From assembly GCA_040437565.1 (NCBI GenBank), contig JBDOQK010000074.1, positions 1 to 64,000 of the forward strand: a stretch of DNA of 64,000 bases, in the 5' to 3' direction. Source of the DNA: Albugo candida. Taxonomy: Eukaryota. This document shows, piece by piece, positions 49,401 through 62,285 of this stretch; positions within the stretch are counted from its first letter, which is position 1; each line of letters starts with the position of its first letter. The notes beneath the pieces are model-generated. The model was given only the letters and a program-made list of their open reading frames with translations. It searched no databases and was not told where the DNA came from. Position numbers and translations under genes: made by a program.

Positions 49401-51983
49401 GCACAGACACTGACATCTCCGCCATTATACCGGAGCTTGAAAGATGCGACAAGTAATGCTGCATCTCGTGGATGGTTTTTTGTGAAGCGGCCTCGATCCT
49501 CCGGTTTCAATGAGTATCATCCACGTTTTCTCGTTCTATCCGATTCGTCTTTGCATTTCTACAAGCACGAAATCGCCGATAGTCTTGACGTGGTGACAGC
49601 AGCGGCATCTTGTGCTGCCATTTTGGATTTGCGTCGCGTCAAAGACGCGCGTGAATTGGAGTCAGGACAAGATGATTGTTTGGATTTCTCATTGCAACTG
49701 ACAACAGCAGACGATATCCATTGGGTGGTACGTCGCTTTTCCATCTCTTCTCATTTTTACGTCGTTTACGTGCTTGACCATTTGATTCACGTTGTAGCTT
49801 GTCTCCGAGTCGTACACTATAAAGGAGCAATGGCTCGCAGCTCTGATTTGGCTTTCTGATTACTACTATCGGAGCCCGACAATGATCTCACCGAGTCAAC
49901 CCAAGATACGACGCTCAACCTCCAAACACTCGATCGTGGAGTCTAAAAGCACAAGCAACAATCCGCATTCTTCGCTTCAACCAACAAGTAATTCCTGCTT
50001 CATTTCCGACGACTGCACTTCGATACGCAGCTGGCTCGTAATTGCTGAACTTGAGGTGTATGCGTCGATTGCATGCGGAGTCTTGAGTTACTATGAAAAA
50101 GAACATGATTGCTGGGATGAATGGGGCGACGCTCTTGGGGCCTTTCCGCTTGAGCATCTCGTAAAGCTCTCATCTGTCTCCTGTAAACCCGAAGCGTTCA
50201 TAGTGACTCTGGAATCCAAGCAATGTATCGAATTCATAGCCGATTCCGCGGAAACTGCACGTCGTTGGATGCTGATTATGTGTTCGTGTGGAAACTCGAT
50301 CCTCGAAAAAGGCGATAAGAAGCATGAATGGTACAGCAAGCCACCCAAAGAAGCGTGGATATGGAAACTGGATCGGGTCTATCAGGTCTTTCGACGTCGG
50401 TTCTTTTCATTGAGGAATCATCAACTTCTTTTTTACACCAAACAAAACGGTCGATCACTCGGTGTCATCGCTCTTCCGTCTGTGTTGCAATTCACAATGT
50501 CGAAAGTATGCGATCGACAGTCTGGCGACGCCGAATTTTACCAATTGGACATAAGTTTCTCTCTGTCCGATGATAGAATCATCACCAAGTCGCCTTTAGA
50601 AAGCCCAATCGATGATGCTCACGAACAAGCAGAACACGATCCAGTGGGTGACTTCCATGCGCTCTCATTGGCATTTATGAGTGAGAACGAGATGCTGGAA
50701 TGGGCACATGCAATTCATCACTGCTGCTCGAATTCCATGTCCATCAAAAACAATACCAAACTGCCTCCACTGCTAGATATTCGCGTATTGCCGAAGGAGC
50801 TTCTCAAGATTTCACGGTTCGAAGATCAGCAGGCAAGCCCTATGCAGTCTTCTGTGGCTTCCAATACGGAATTTAACGCTCGTGGATGGCTGTATTACCT
50901 CACAGCTCCAAGTGAGCGTCTTCGTCTTCGGTATTTCGTTCAATGGGGACACGAATTGTCCATTTACAAGCATGAGATTCTCGCCGATGAATATCGTGCG
51001 ATTCGGTATGGTGTCATCGATTGCAGAGCGTTGCAAGATGTGCGGTTTGCATACGTAAATTCCCCTGAAAATGCTGTAGAGCTTCAATTTTGTTCCAATA
51101 ATGGCGTTGTATTGATCCCACAAAGCGACGAGGAAGCTGTCATGTGGCGTAATTCTCTGTTGGAAGTGAAGCGTGCGTATGGATGTCGCGAAAAAGCTTC
51201 CGACAATCTCAGCTCTGGAGTGTACATTTGCCGTCAAAGTACATTCTCAATGAATCGCGACCATGAAGACCTTTTACGCTCTCAGATTGAATCTTCCGTT
51301 GTCTTCTCGTCCAATTTGCAAGAATGGGATGGACGCAAATGGATTCCAAAGTATTTTGTGCTCACAACGTCTCGGCTTTTGATACTCTCATTAGCTGTCC
51401 ATTTGTATGACGAGGAGCCCGATATATTGGCTTCCTACGCAACCAAATCGATATTCGAAGTGCGTTCATGCACAGAGAAAGAGATGGCAGCAGCAGACGA
51501 TTCGCTCGCATGGAGTGTGGCGTTCATAATAACGATTCAAACGCTACACAATTTGTCGGACAAAGTAGAAAAGCTCATGATTCGCTGCGATTCTCAAGGT
51601 TGGTGATTTGTATCGCTGAGTCCGTGCATTCATTTCTCTGTTTAGATCATTGTTTGGAATGGATGCGATTGTTGTGCAGTAGCAATGGGAAATTGGAACT
51701 GAAAAAGAACGCTGCGACTGGATATTGGGGAAGTGTGAATCGAATTGCGTCCATGTTTCGCCACGAGAGCTTTGCTCTTCCAACTGCACAAGTCGATACA
51801 AATGATTCATTAGCTGATACGGCAAGTCTAGAGCAACGTGAGAGCTCCTATAAGCGTAAAATGTCGCGTCAAGATGCGGCTCGAAGGTTTGTTGTCCTCT
51901 TGATAGATCGCTTCCATCTGACGTCAACTTTTAGGCGAACATCCGAGCTGATCTTGAATCGACGTCTCTCAAGGCGCTTCTGA
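46446..51983 (+). CDS. Large multi-PH-domain protein with a PDZ domain, multi-exon
   Basis: Repeated PH signatures (GFLLK..RWFVL..LRYF, GWVLAK, GWFFVK..RFLVL, WIWKL..RRRFF, GWLYY..RYFV, WIPKYFVL) and PDZ-like AEASGAIREGDFLISIN..RPLTLRF across ORFs 46230-51983 joined by short GT-AG introns. Start ATG 46446 is tentative; 47563-48166 is duplicated across a gap. Confidence 0.85.
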
Positions 51984-52014
51984 GGGTGCTGTGCTCGGGT
52001 AGACGTTCTGACAC

Positions 52015-55000
52015 TTAAAAATCAGTGCTTTCGAAAATTTGGAGTGGTGAGGCGCCTTCAGCATCGATGTAATGCTGTAAGCCGCTGGGAAGGTCAAAGC
52101 TCGACGCTCGTGAAGACGCTGGTGATACATTTATAGTTCCCGCTTCACGGATATCGGCAAGCATGGAGAGTCGTTGGGATAGATCTGACGTGTCTGGATT
52201 ATGAGCGGGTCCAGCTGGAGGAAGTGATGAACGAGGATGATCTGAATTGCTTAATTTGGACAGTGATCGTGCGCTAAGCGGTTTGTGCTTTTCACTAGCT
52301 GCCCAAGAAGACCAACTACTCCGTCGACCACAAGCATTTTTTATTTCTTTCAAATCGCTATGCGTAAATTGTAGTAAAGTACTGATAACTGGCAATAGAC
52401 GTCGCTGTTGAGAAGACCCTGGACGGAATGTGATGTATTGAACGATAATGTTCTTCAGATATTCCATATTCACTCCGTCTCTTCTTTGATTTTGCGTCAA
52501 ACGAGTGAGTTCTTTCTCCTTCCGTGATAGATCCTCCACCAAACTTTGCATTTGATGCTCTGTTGTGACCACTTTATGATGCAAACGATCAATTTCCAAA
52601 GCATTCGCTATTGATTCTGCGTCCCGACAAGCTTGTAATTGCGCAAATTCCAAGATTTTACGATGATCTGCGCCACCACTACGAACATCTTCTTCCAATT
52701 CTGCAACGCGACTTTGAAGTGTTTTGATCTCATTTTCTTTTTCGGAGACAACGTGACGAGCTAATTTGGACTTTGTCTTCGCTTCCATTTCGATTCGAAC
52801 GATCTCTGTTTGCATTTTCGTTTTCTCATTTGCTAAAGCATTCTCATGCTGCTGAGCAGCCTCTGCCAGCTGATCACTTAATCGGTGCTTCAGTGCCTCC
52901 ATTTCATCTTCGAGTCGACTCTTTTGTCGAAAGGTCTCGTCCCTATCGTGCACCGCTTCATTCATAGTCACTCGCAAGACTTCTAAATTGGCTTCAGCAT
53001 CACGTTTTGCATCATTAGCAGTCGCAGCTTCGCGTAAAGCATTCTCAATCATAGCAGCCTGCTCTGCATGCTTACCAGCTATTCCCATATGCTCCGTCTG
53101 TAAACGCGTAGCAAAGGCGAGTTTCTCTGAAAGCGTCTTTTTTGTCTCCGATAGCTGAGCTTCAAGTTCCACTTTTGCCATTGACAGCTCATCCAAATGT
53201 GCTTGTAGCTCGAGTACCAATGCGTCGCTTTTGGAGAGGCTCGTCTGTAGTGTTTGGCAACGCTGTCGATTTTCTTCATTTTGTATGCTTACTTCATTCA
53301 GCTTTTCAGTTACGGCATTGCGTTCCTGCTGAAATCTTGCGATTGCCGCGTTTTTTTCCTTCCGGACGGATTCCAGTTCTTTCGTAAATTCTTGGCGTAT
53401 TTCTGCATTGTCACGCTCCAAACTCTTTTGTAGTGCTTCACTTTTCCTTCTCAAGTCGCCTTCTTTCTCAGCCAGTTCCGCATGTGATTCAAGAGCCTTT
53501 GTAGCTGTAGTTAAATCGTCTCGTAAGTCTTCCACTTCTTTATTTAAAAACGTGTTTTTCTCTGACAAAATCGCATTCCGCTCTTTGATTTTTTCAGCCG
53601 TTGCGTGGATCTCTTCCAGCTTTGCAGTGCCAGCCTCATTCCTTCGACAGGCTTCATCTAACTCACTTGCCAAAATCTCGAGTTTATTCTGGAAATAATC
53701 TTTCTCTTCACTAAGCCTCTGATTGATCGCTTGGGCCTCTTCGATCGCTTCCAAATGACTTCGTCTAAGTTCCTCAAATCGTAATCGTGTGACCGGAGCA
53801 TTATCCTCTCTTGCAAGCCGCAATCTCTCATTTTCTTCTCGTAAACACTCATTTTGCTTTACAATCACTATCAATTGGTCCTCGCACATTTGCGATCCTT
53901 TGCCTTGTCGTTCTTCTCTCTCGCTTTTATTTTGACTTGAAATGCGACCTGGTAAAAGAAGGTCAGGCATTTGAGTGTAACCAGACGGTTAAGACGAATA
54001 CCTGAAAGAGATTCCCTTCCGTTGATCGTTCGGATTTCCATCTCTTCATTCGCCATTCTATACATTTCTTTGTATTGCTCAATAGCAGCGCAAAGGTGTT
54101 CCGCTATATCCATATCTTTAACGTTACCAGTAAGAGAGCAGGTATCATCTTTGACTTGCATTTTCGTATCTGACAACGTCAGATTATCGAATTGTACTCC
54201 CTTTGCTTCATCGGTTTGATCCCCTGCTGCTTTTCGCACTTTTGTGATAGCTACGGCCGAGGACGCGATCGCTTCCAATTCCTTAACGAGAGATTCGCTT
54301 ATACCAAATGATAGTTCATACAGAACGAATTCTTTCTGATCAAATACCTTACGCATCGATTCTACTTTCTCGTTAGCTTCGGAGAGCTTCTCCAGTAAGA
54401 CATTATTCTCCCTTTGCATTTGCTCTTCCAAATCGCGCTTCTCTTGGTCTACCTGCTTTAACTTTTCTTCCAGCTTATTGAGACGTTCTCTTTGAGGTGT
54501 CAACTCTTGCTCGCTAGCCTCGATTTTTTCCTCTATATGTTTCGGAGAATGGACTTGAGGTTCGTTTGCGGATGCACGCGGTGATAGCGCACTGAAGAGA
54601 TCGATTTCATCATATTTATTGCTGACGACTCCAACACTTGCATCTCCATCTTCAGACGGTACACCTTGTACCATCTGTTGCGATTTCTCCATCTCATGTC
54701 GCCATTTCTTAGCATCGGATGCGCATTTCGAAACGTACAATTCCACAAGCCGATCGCCTCTCAGAATGCTATCAGTATCACTATTACTGTATCCGGTCAA
54801 CTCGGAATCTCTATCACTGCAAAGAGAAAAGTCAATGCCCACAGAGTCTTTGACAAATGTCCATAGAGTCTCATAATTCGTTTGGAGTGCAATGGATTCC
54901 TGAATTTGCGCCTGTGATTTCTGAAGTTGAGCCTTCATCAGCTTATTTTGCCTCGTGAGTTTCATACTCAGCGATAAAAGCTGATCGTAAGACGGTTTTT

Positions 55001-55199
55001 CTCCATCTGTGGCGCGTATCGAGCCATTTCCTGTGCTGTCTTGTTGAGTCTGTTGTTCAGATTCGATACCGGCGACGCTCGTATTGAGAACATGGGACGC
55101 AGCAGCTGAACGGAGAAAGCTCATTCCCTTTGAAAGACCTCCACGACTTTTTTCTTTCATATCGGCAAAGCCGCGCTCCAGTACTTCCTTATTCATCAA
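52015..55199 (-). CDS. GRIP-domain golgin (long coiled coil), 2 exons
   Basis: Coiled-coil ORFs 53871-55199 and 52015-53970 join in frame via GT-AG intron 54001-53949; GRIP motif NMEYLKNIIVQYI..RLLPVISTLLQF. Confidence 0.9.
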
Positions 55200-55649
55200 A
55201 CTCCCTTTTCGAGATGACGTGTAACGGGTCAGACAGGATTTTGGTCCTGCTTTCTACCTACTTCAATGTACATGTCAGATATATCCAGGTCATCACGAGA
55301 AAGTATATAGAACAAGTAGTCTGAAACAGATGGATGTCCACGTCTATTTGACTTGCAATTCGTACGTCGTCCTGACTGTGTTCTCATTACTCACTACAGA
55401 AACGAATCTGTGTACCTCCGTGGAACTACTATAAGCATAAGATTGACCTTTTTTGAACGCAAAAACGGGTAGATTAATGATTTGGATGTGAGTGCATAGG
55501 CTGCAGGATGTATGAGATTTCTAGATAGAGTGTACGGAACCTACAGTCACTGCAAGAACGGGATCTAAAATTTAAAGTTCAACCTATTGAAAGATTACTG
55601 TCTGGGCGTCAATGGTTATAAACACATCGCACTAGAGGAAGCAGTTAAG

Positions 55650-57065
55650 TGCTGAACTGAATTACAAGACTTTTGTAAAACGCCCACTTGCTCGCTGGAA
55701 ACCCGATTAGTCTTGCATTTGAAGAGACAGTTTGAAAAGGAGTGATCAAATTTCTACTCGTGAGTAAGAATCTGTACGGTATTTGATCGGATCGCATTTC
55801 GCAACTACTTTCCAGCTGTCTCCTTGCTCCCAAAGCTTTCCCTATTTACTGTTTATCGTGTCTCTAAATTGATGTGAACGACTTGCTTTTAGAATTTGCA
55901 GCGCACTACTCTGCGTATAAATCTACTCTGAGGATGGACAAGTCGATGATATGGGCAATGCCTGAAGTGCAAGTCAAGTTCGCTACTTTTTGAGTTCAAA
56001 GGTCACGACTGCAAAGTCAGGATAAAATAGTAACATCTCCTCCACCTTTACGTTCTCTGAAACGATCGATCCGCAGGTATAGTCGAAGTATACTTCAATT
56101 ATATACTCAGCACACGCGTGAGGAACATACACTCGGCAACATTTCATCGCAAGCATAAGTAGTGTATCTTCTTCGCTCAGACACGCAGTGGCGTGCTTAT
56201 ATCGTGAGCTATGCGATGTCAAGATTGCATTTTGGCAATAAGCAGAGTCAATATGATCGTAACACAATCAGATTGGAGGAGTTGATCTGTGAGATGTATC
56301 CCGAACTCTTGGTCAATTGACTTCGGTTCAAAGTCAGACCAAATTGTCAGCCAAATTCACTTTTTATCTTACCTCTATTTTTGTGCTGTATTGATTTTCT
56401 CGAGAATGTAATCACTTATGGAAGAACGTGCTTCAGGTAGAGATGGATGCAGTGTGATTGTGTGCAGTCTTCCATTATTAAGTGTCATTTTATCGCACAA
56501 GCCATTTTCCTCCTTTGCTATCACTTGCATCATTGACACATTGCAGCTCCTCTACCATTTTCAAATACTTGCTCGACTTATCGACCTTACTATCGGCCGG
56601 ATCGTTTGATTCGTTGCTTTCCAAAAATTGCTGCGATCTTTCCCCCGCCTTTTTTTGCGCCACGCGGGCAATTCTATCTTGTAGACAAAGTGTTGCACTT
56701 TTGTGTGATGAGACTGTCACCTCTGCTTCCTGCCCACTGCCTCTATCAGATGGAATATGCGAAGACAAAGTCTTTTCGTTCTCTACTTCGGTACTTGCAG
56801 AGGATTTTGTACCAACATCAGTCTCTTTCTCAGATACCTCACTGTTCCATTGACGAGCTGTCTCAAGTAGTGGTTCCTTCACTTGAGACGCTATCTCGGC
56901 CGAAAGATCCCAATAGCTTCGACGATGTACCATATTGTAGTAATACTTCCTCTTCATGTATACATAATATTAGATTATCGCACACTCGGCCGTCGCGTAC
57001 ATGAGACTTACTCCACAGTCATCTTCATGAACGGTCCAGATGCCGACTTTTGTTGGCAAACTCAT
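55650..57065 (-). CDS. Probable WW-domain protein, multi-exon; 3' end uncertain
   Basis: MSLPTKVGIWTVHEDDCG, then a GTAAGT donor (~57011), then RKYYYNMVHRRSYWDL gives a WW-like W..YYYN..W pattern. Confidence 0.5.
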
Positions 57066-58513
57066 GAAATTTATTACTATGACCAGATATTTAGGCTCAT
57101 TTACACAATAGCCATAATCAAACAAATCATTTGATAAGGGTAATAAAGTTTGGCAGTATCTCAACTAAGCATATCGGTGAGATGCAACGGTTTGATGTCA
57201 AGAAGCGGTGACTGCGGACACGTGTAAAGCATTAGATAGCGCTGTGCGCATTCTTTCATCTCCAAATTAAGGCTCTGCTTGTCATATGCACTTGTACCCA
57301 GTAAGCTAAAGCTCTTTCGTGCATGCTGTGGACACCACCTACATCTTGTGTATAGGCTCTGTCTGTATCTTTTCTATCCGTGCTCAGCCGCGACCTGATA
57401 AATCGATGCAGCCTCGCCGTACACCCTTGATACTCTAGACTTTTTGACACGAGGGAATTGGAGATGGTAGCCGTTGTAGGATCGTTGACTGTAGCGTGTA
57501 TCGCTATCACCACGGATGAGCGGAGTTGCCTCAAGATTGTATCAGTGTTATGTGCACAGAAATGCCACTTTCGTCACAATAATTAGACCTACGTAGCCTT
57601 ACTGGAATATGACACGCCAAATACACGTGAGCGCTTTGCCTCTACAATGAGTAGAGATGATAAAGGTATGTGGTGTCAGAGAATGGTCAGCTTGCAGTCA
57701 TCGCTTGTTGCCAAGTGATTCACTTCTGGTTGAGCTAGTTTGATGTTGTTCAAGTCCGTGCCAGCTTGCTTTGAATCGATAACGCAATGTGCTGAGGAAA
57801 GACTGGCACTATTTCGTTTGGAGAGACCCCAACCTTGTGCAATACTTTGCCAGAACAGTGAGCGCCTGGACGTTGTGCATTCGGGTCGCAACTATTCCGG
57901 AAATACATTAGTCCAATACTTGGAATTCGAACGACTCCAATGGCCTATAATTCTTACTCGTGGACAGAGCAACCGATTGCTCGGTGTTATCGGGGCGACT
58001 TGTATATTGTCATCAATTATGAACTGCTCTGTTACGCTTGTATATCGTTCGAGCGAGATGAGTTCGTGTGGTTATAGACTGCTGTATTGTATCAGCAAGA
58101 CTGAGAAATTCATTGGGACAGTTTTCCATGTACGGCTTCCAGATACATAAAATAATGCAATCTTTTGTGGTGTTACCAGGGGACGATTAGTGATAGCTGG
58201 TATTATTGGGAAGTTTTGTTATCTTCTTCTGGAAATGAGCTCAATGTTATTCTCTGTAGTGTGGGGAGGTAATGATGCTGATGGGAGTCAGTCCAACCGA
58301 CAGTCAATACTGCTACTACTCGAGTGATATTACAGAACTCACATGGCGCGACTTGATACAACCGGCATTATATGCGCTTTTGGCAGCGGAATGGTAGGAA
58401 TCTGATGCATTTGACCATATGGGAGCTTAAGCGTAAATGAACGCATCTGTAAATCGGTGATACGGAGTCAATGAAAGCGAAATCTGTCTATCGTCAATTG
58501 ATTATCCGACACG

Positions 58514-60649
58514 TCACTGAAATTTACGAAAAGGAATAAATTTTCGAGTGTTTTCAATCCTTCCCCGCCAAAGCGCTTCAGAGTTTGTGAATTTTGCGTG
58601 CACAAAGCCTCTCTCATTGCGCGGAACTCCTAAATAATCAAGTATGTTCGCTGCAGCTTCAGGTATTGCCGGCTGTAGTAAAATCGCTAGAGAAGTCACA
58701 CAGAGATATAAGCGCTTTTCACAAGGCTCCGAATTGTCATGAAACACTCACTACATAATCTTGTCGCATCAATTGTGATGTTCAAGATACCCTGCAAGCG
58801 CTTCCTTGCGTGCTCCTCTTCACCAGGGCACAAGGTCTGAGCCTCGATTGCGGTTTTTAGCACCCAAGGCTCATTAGACGAGAAATACCGATTCACTTTG
58901 TGTAAATACAGCATGATCTTCTGCAAACCTTGATGAAACTATGCAGACATTCAAAAGTCATTTAGCCTTTGCATGGAGTGAAAGAACATACATCTGGGAT
59001 TTGAAAGTCTGTCGCAACTTTCGCCGCAATTGTGTCTCCTTCATTTATCAGCTTTAAATCATCCAAAGTCAATGCTGTTGGGCGGTTTGGGACAATTCCA
59101 TCCGCCAGAAAGGATCTGGCTGTACTTCGAGACACTATTTTCCACAGGTGAGTATGAAGTATATAAAGCCTAAAGATTGGCCTTACCAAGATTCCCCAAA
59201 GTATCCGCTAGCTCACTTGACAAACGATTCTCAAGCAGGCTAACTTTGAAGTCCCCGTCGCTGCCGAGGACACCTTCACGCAGTAAATAATAACGGACAG
59301 CGTCGGTTCCGTACTATCACATGAACGTTACACGATAAGTTGACCACCGATTCTCGAAAATCCAGCAAACTTTCACCTTTTCGATGACTTCAAATGGGTT
59401 GACGATGTTCCCCAAGCTTTTAGACATTTTCACATCTTGAACAGTCCAATGTGCATGTGCAACGATACGTTTGGGTAATGGCAGTCCTGCAGCCATCAAA
59501 AACGCTGGCCAGTAAATCGCATGGAATTTCAAAATATCTTTTCCGACTATATGATAATCGGGCGGCCAGACTCGATTCAAATCTTTTAAGTTTGGATATC
59601 CGGCGCATGTGAGGTAATTAGTTAATGCATCGAGCCACACGTAGATGCAATGTTGAGGATCATCTGGTTTATATAGTGTCTCAATGTTATCCATGTATGA
59701 TAGTAATCGTACAACCATACACACGCGTACCAGGAACAGTTATTGCCCACTTGATTTTGTCATGCAGCCGAGACACCGAGATATCTCGTAGACCAGCTTT
59801 GATTGTCGCGACCACCTATGTTATCAACCATCTCAATAAGAGGATAAAGGAGCACATATACGTATAGTGCACCAAATTACTTCGTTATATCGAGTTTTGG
59901 GGACGATTGCATCAGGAGAAGACTCTAACCATTCGAGGAGCGGCTGTTGAAATGCTGAAAGCCTGAATTTATAGTTGACTTCTTTGAGTTTCTCGACCGC
60001 GTGACCGCTTTCTTTCGATACTTTGTAACTTTCTTGGATCATCTGACCAGCCGAGCCAACGATAGAGCGCACGGAATCCTCAACTTGCATCTCTGTGAGA
60101 AATGATTCATCCGATTGACAGTACCAAGCTTCATGCTGTCCCAAATATATGTATCCATTCTCATACAATTGTTTCCAAAATGCTCGAACGCTTCGATGAT
60201 GCTTTTTATCGCTAGTTCGAATAAACTCCGTATACTTCATGTTTGCACGCATAAATAGCTCCCGAAATTGCTTGGAAATAGCATCACAAAAACTGGCGTA
60301 ATCTGTAGCATTCGCTTTTTCTGCTGCTTGCTGGACCTGAATGAATCATTGCATATAATCGCAGATTTATCTGAAAATGAGTCTGTACCTTAAGACCATG
60401 CTCATCTGTGCCCGTTGTTAGTAATGCATCCATCGAATTTGGTTCATTTTTCATGTTATACCATCGTGCTAAAGCATCAGCCAAGACTGAGGAATGCAAG
60501 TGCCCGATGTGTGGAGATGAATTAACATAATATATAGGCGTGGTAATCATCATTCTCCGCCTTGATGCATCAGACACATTCGACACTAGCCTAGAAGAAT
60601 ACCATTGTCTACGAAAGTGCGGTCGAGTGCGGGCTGCATGACATAACAT
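58514..60649 (-). CDS. Methionyl-tRNA synthetase, organellar/bacterial type (probably mitochondrial), multi-exon
   Basis: [74 protein letters not shown]; Arg-rich N-terminal presequence. Confidence 0.95.
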
Positions 60650-60786
60650 ACTGATGCTCACAGCGGACGTTATCAGCGTACTTAAAAAGTATACTTTGAC
60701 GTGGAGCTTGTTGCGTGGACACCAATCAATCAATAATATTAGCGAGACAGAGTTTTATCCTACTTCACGATCGCACGATCCTGCCA

Positions 60787-61959
60787 TCAAATCCAATCTC
60801 CATCACTGTCATCATCATTATCGAATTCGCTGACAGAAGAACTCATCGATTTGGAACCTAATCTAAGCGCTTCAGTTTTCAGTGGCAGGGATTCTTTGCT
60901 TGGGAGGTACGCAAGCGATAGACGATGCGGTACAGAGTCTCGTACCGCTCCAAAACTTTTATCTTTCATACCATCGTATGATCTGTGTGCTAAAGTCGGG
61001 GGTGGAGACATGGTACTTTTAAGGTAAGGAACCGATGCTCGACTAACGGGACATACTCCTCCAAACAAGCTATCTCTTCGACGCTCTATATTGGACACAT
61101 GTGCAGCATCGCTCAGCTTGCATAGCCACTCTTCCATTTCGTCTTGTGTGTCCACAACGATCCGTAACAACCGCCCACTCTCAAATCGTATATCCAGACA
61201 ATTATTTCTTTGCCCATTCACTTCTACTGCACATACGCGACCAAATCCTTTGGCGGATGCACCACCCGTGTCTTCGGAAGCAAAGTAGGCCAATGAATTT
61301 CCACGCAGTACAAAATATCGTTTTTTCCAGCTTTTAAAACGACAACCTTCTTTCCATAGCCATCCAGTATGATCGATCTCTATCTCATCGTTATTTTGCA
61401 AATCACTTTGATCGAGCAATTCAGTCGCATCATTTGAATCCAAGCAAATTTTGTGTGCCATTTGACTATCCCTGGTACATCCATCCACTGATAAAGCTGT
61501 CTCGTTCGAGCCAAGTGAACCTGCACGAGAAGTACGCCCAGCTGCAATCGCTACTGCTGTTTCCACCGATATAACTGTTGCTTCTATAATCGCATTGTAC
61601 CATCCGCTAGCTTCCTCTGTCGTCTCAGTATACAGCTTCAGAATGCGGCCACCACGACCATGAACAAGTAAACCATTCTTTATCTCGTTACTAAGTTCAA
61701 CGGTGATCACTTGGAAGCTCCCTTTTTCTTTCACTTTGAGAGAAAGTATATTGTCTGTGTCATAGTAAGATAATTGTCGACCTTTTAACACCATGTATCG
61801 CTTCTTCCAGCTTCTAACTAGACTTCCTTGCTTGAATATCCATCCGGAGTATTGCCCGCGACGTATTGATATTGTTGTGCTCGCTCCTGAAGCTGATGAA
61901 TTTGATCCTTTCCTGTGGGTCATTTTGCTGTATTGACGAGTTGACTGAAACAATTTCAT
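60787..61959 (-). CDS. Tandem PH-domain protein (390 aa)
   Basis: Two PH repeats: SGWIFKQGSLVRSWKKRYMVL and TGWLWKEGCRFKSWKKRYFVL. Confidence 0.9.
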   Translation of the reverse strand: MKLFQSTRQYSKMTHRKGSNSSASGASTTISIRRGQYSGWIFKQGSLVRSWKKRYMVLKGRQLSYYDTDNILSLKVKEKGSFQVITVELSNEIKNGLLVHGRGGRILKLYTETTEEASGWYNAIIEATVISVETAVAIAAGRTSRAGSLGSNETALSVDGCTRDSQMAHKICLDSNDATELLDQSDLQNNDEIEIDHTGWLWKEGCRFKSWKKRYFVLRGNSLAYFASEDTGGASAKGFGRVCAVEVNGQRNNCLDIRFESGRLLRIVVDTQDEMEEWLCKLSDAAHVSNIERRRDSLFGGVCPVSRASVPYLKSTMSPPPTLAHRSYDGMKDKSFGAVRDSVPHRLSLAYLPSKESLPLKTEALRLGSKSMSSSVSEFDNDDDSDGDWI

Positions 61960-62285
61960 TTATTAGTACATTGTGTGCATCAGATTATATATTTACAAAA
62001 TGCTATTCGTTGGGAGAAATCGAGCACTCTCACCAGATGGGAACATAAACGTGCTCAGCACTCACATCACAGCCCGTTCCCTTCCTCTCCTCTCCTCTCC
62101 TCTTATCGCATTTTCTATTTCTATAATGGCGGAGTAGAGACAGTCCAACCATATGATATTGTTAACGCATTACTGCATTGTGTCACACAGTCTTCAGAGC
62201 AGCCCGCTGCTTTAACGCACAGCAGCAGAAATCCACGCCGTTCGTTGAAAATGTGTAATAATTCCTGTAATTTCGCTGAGATCTT

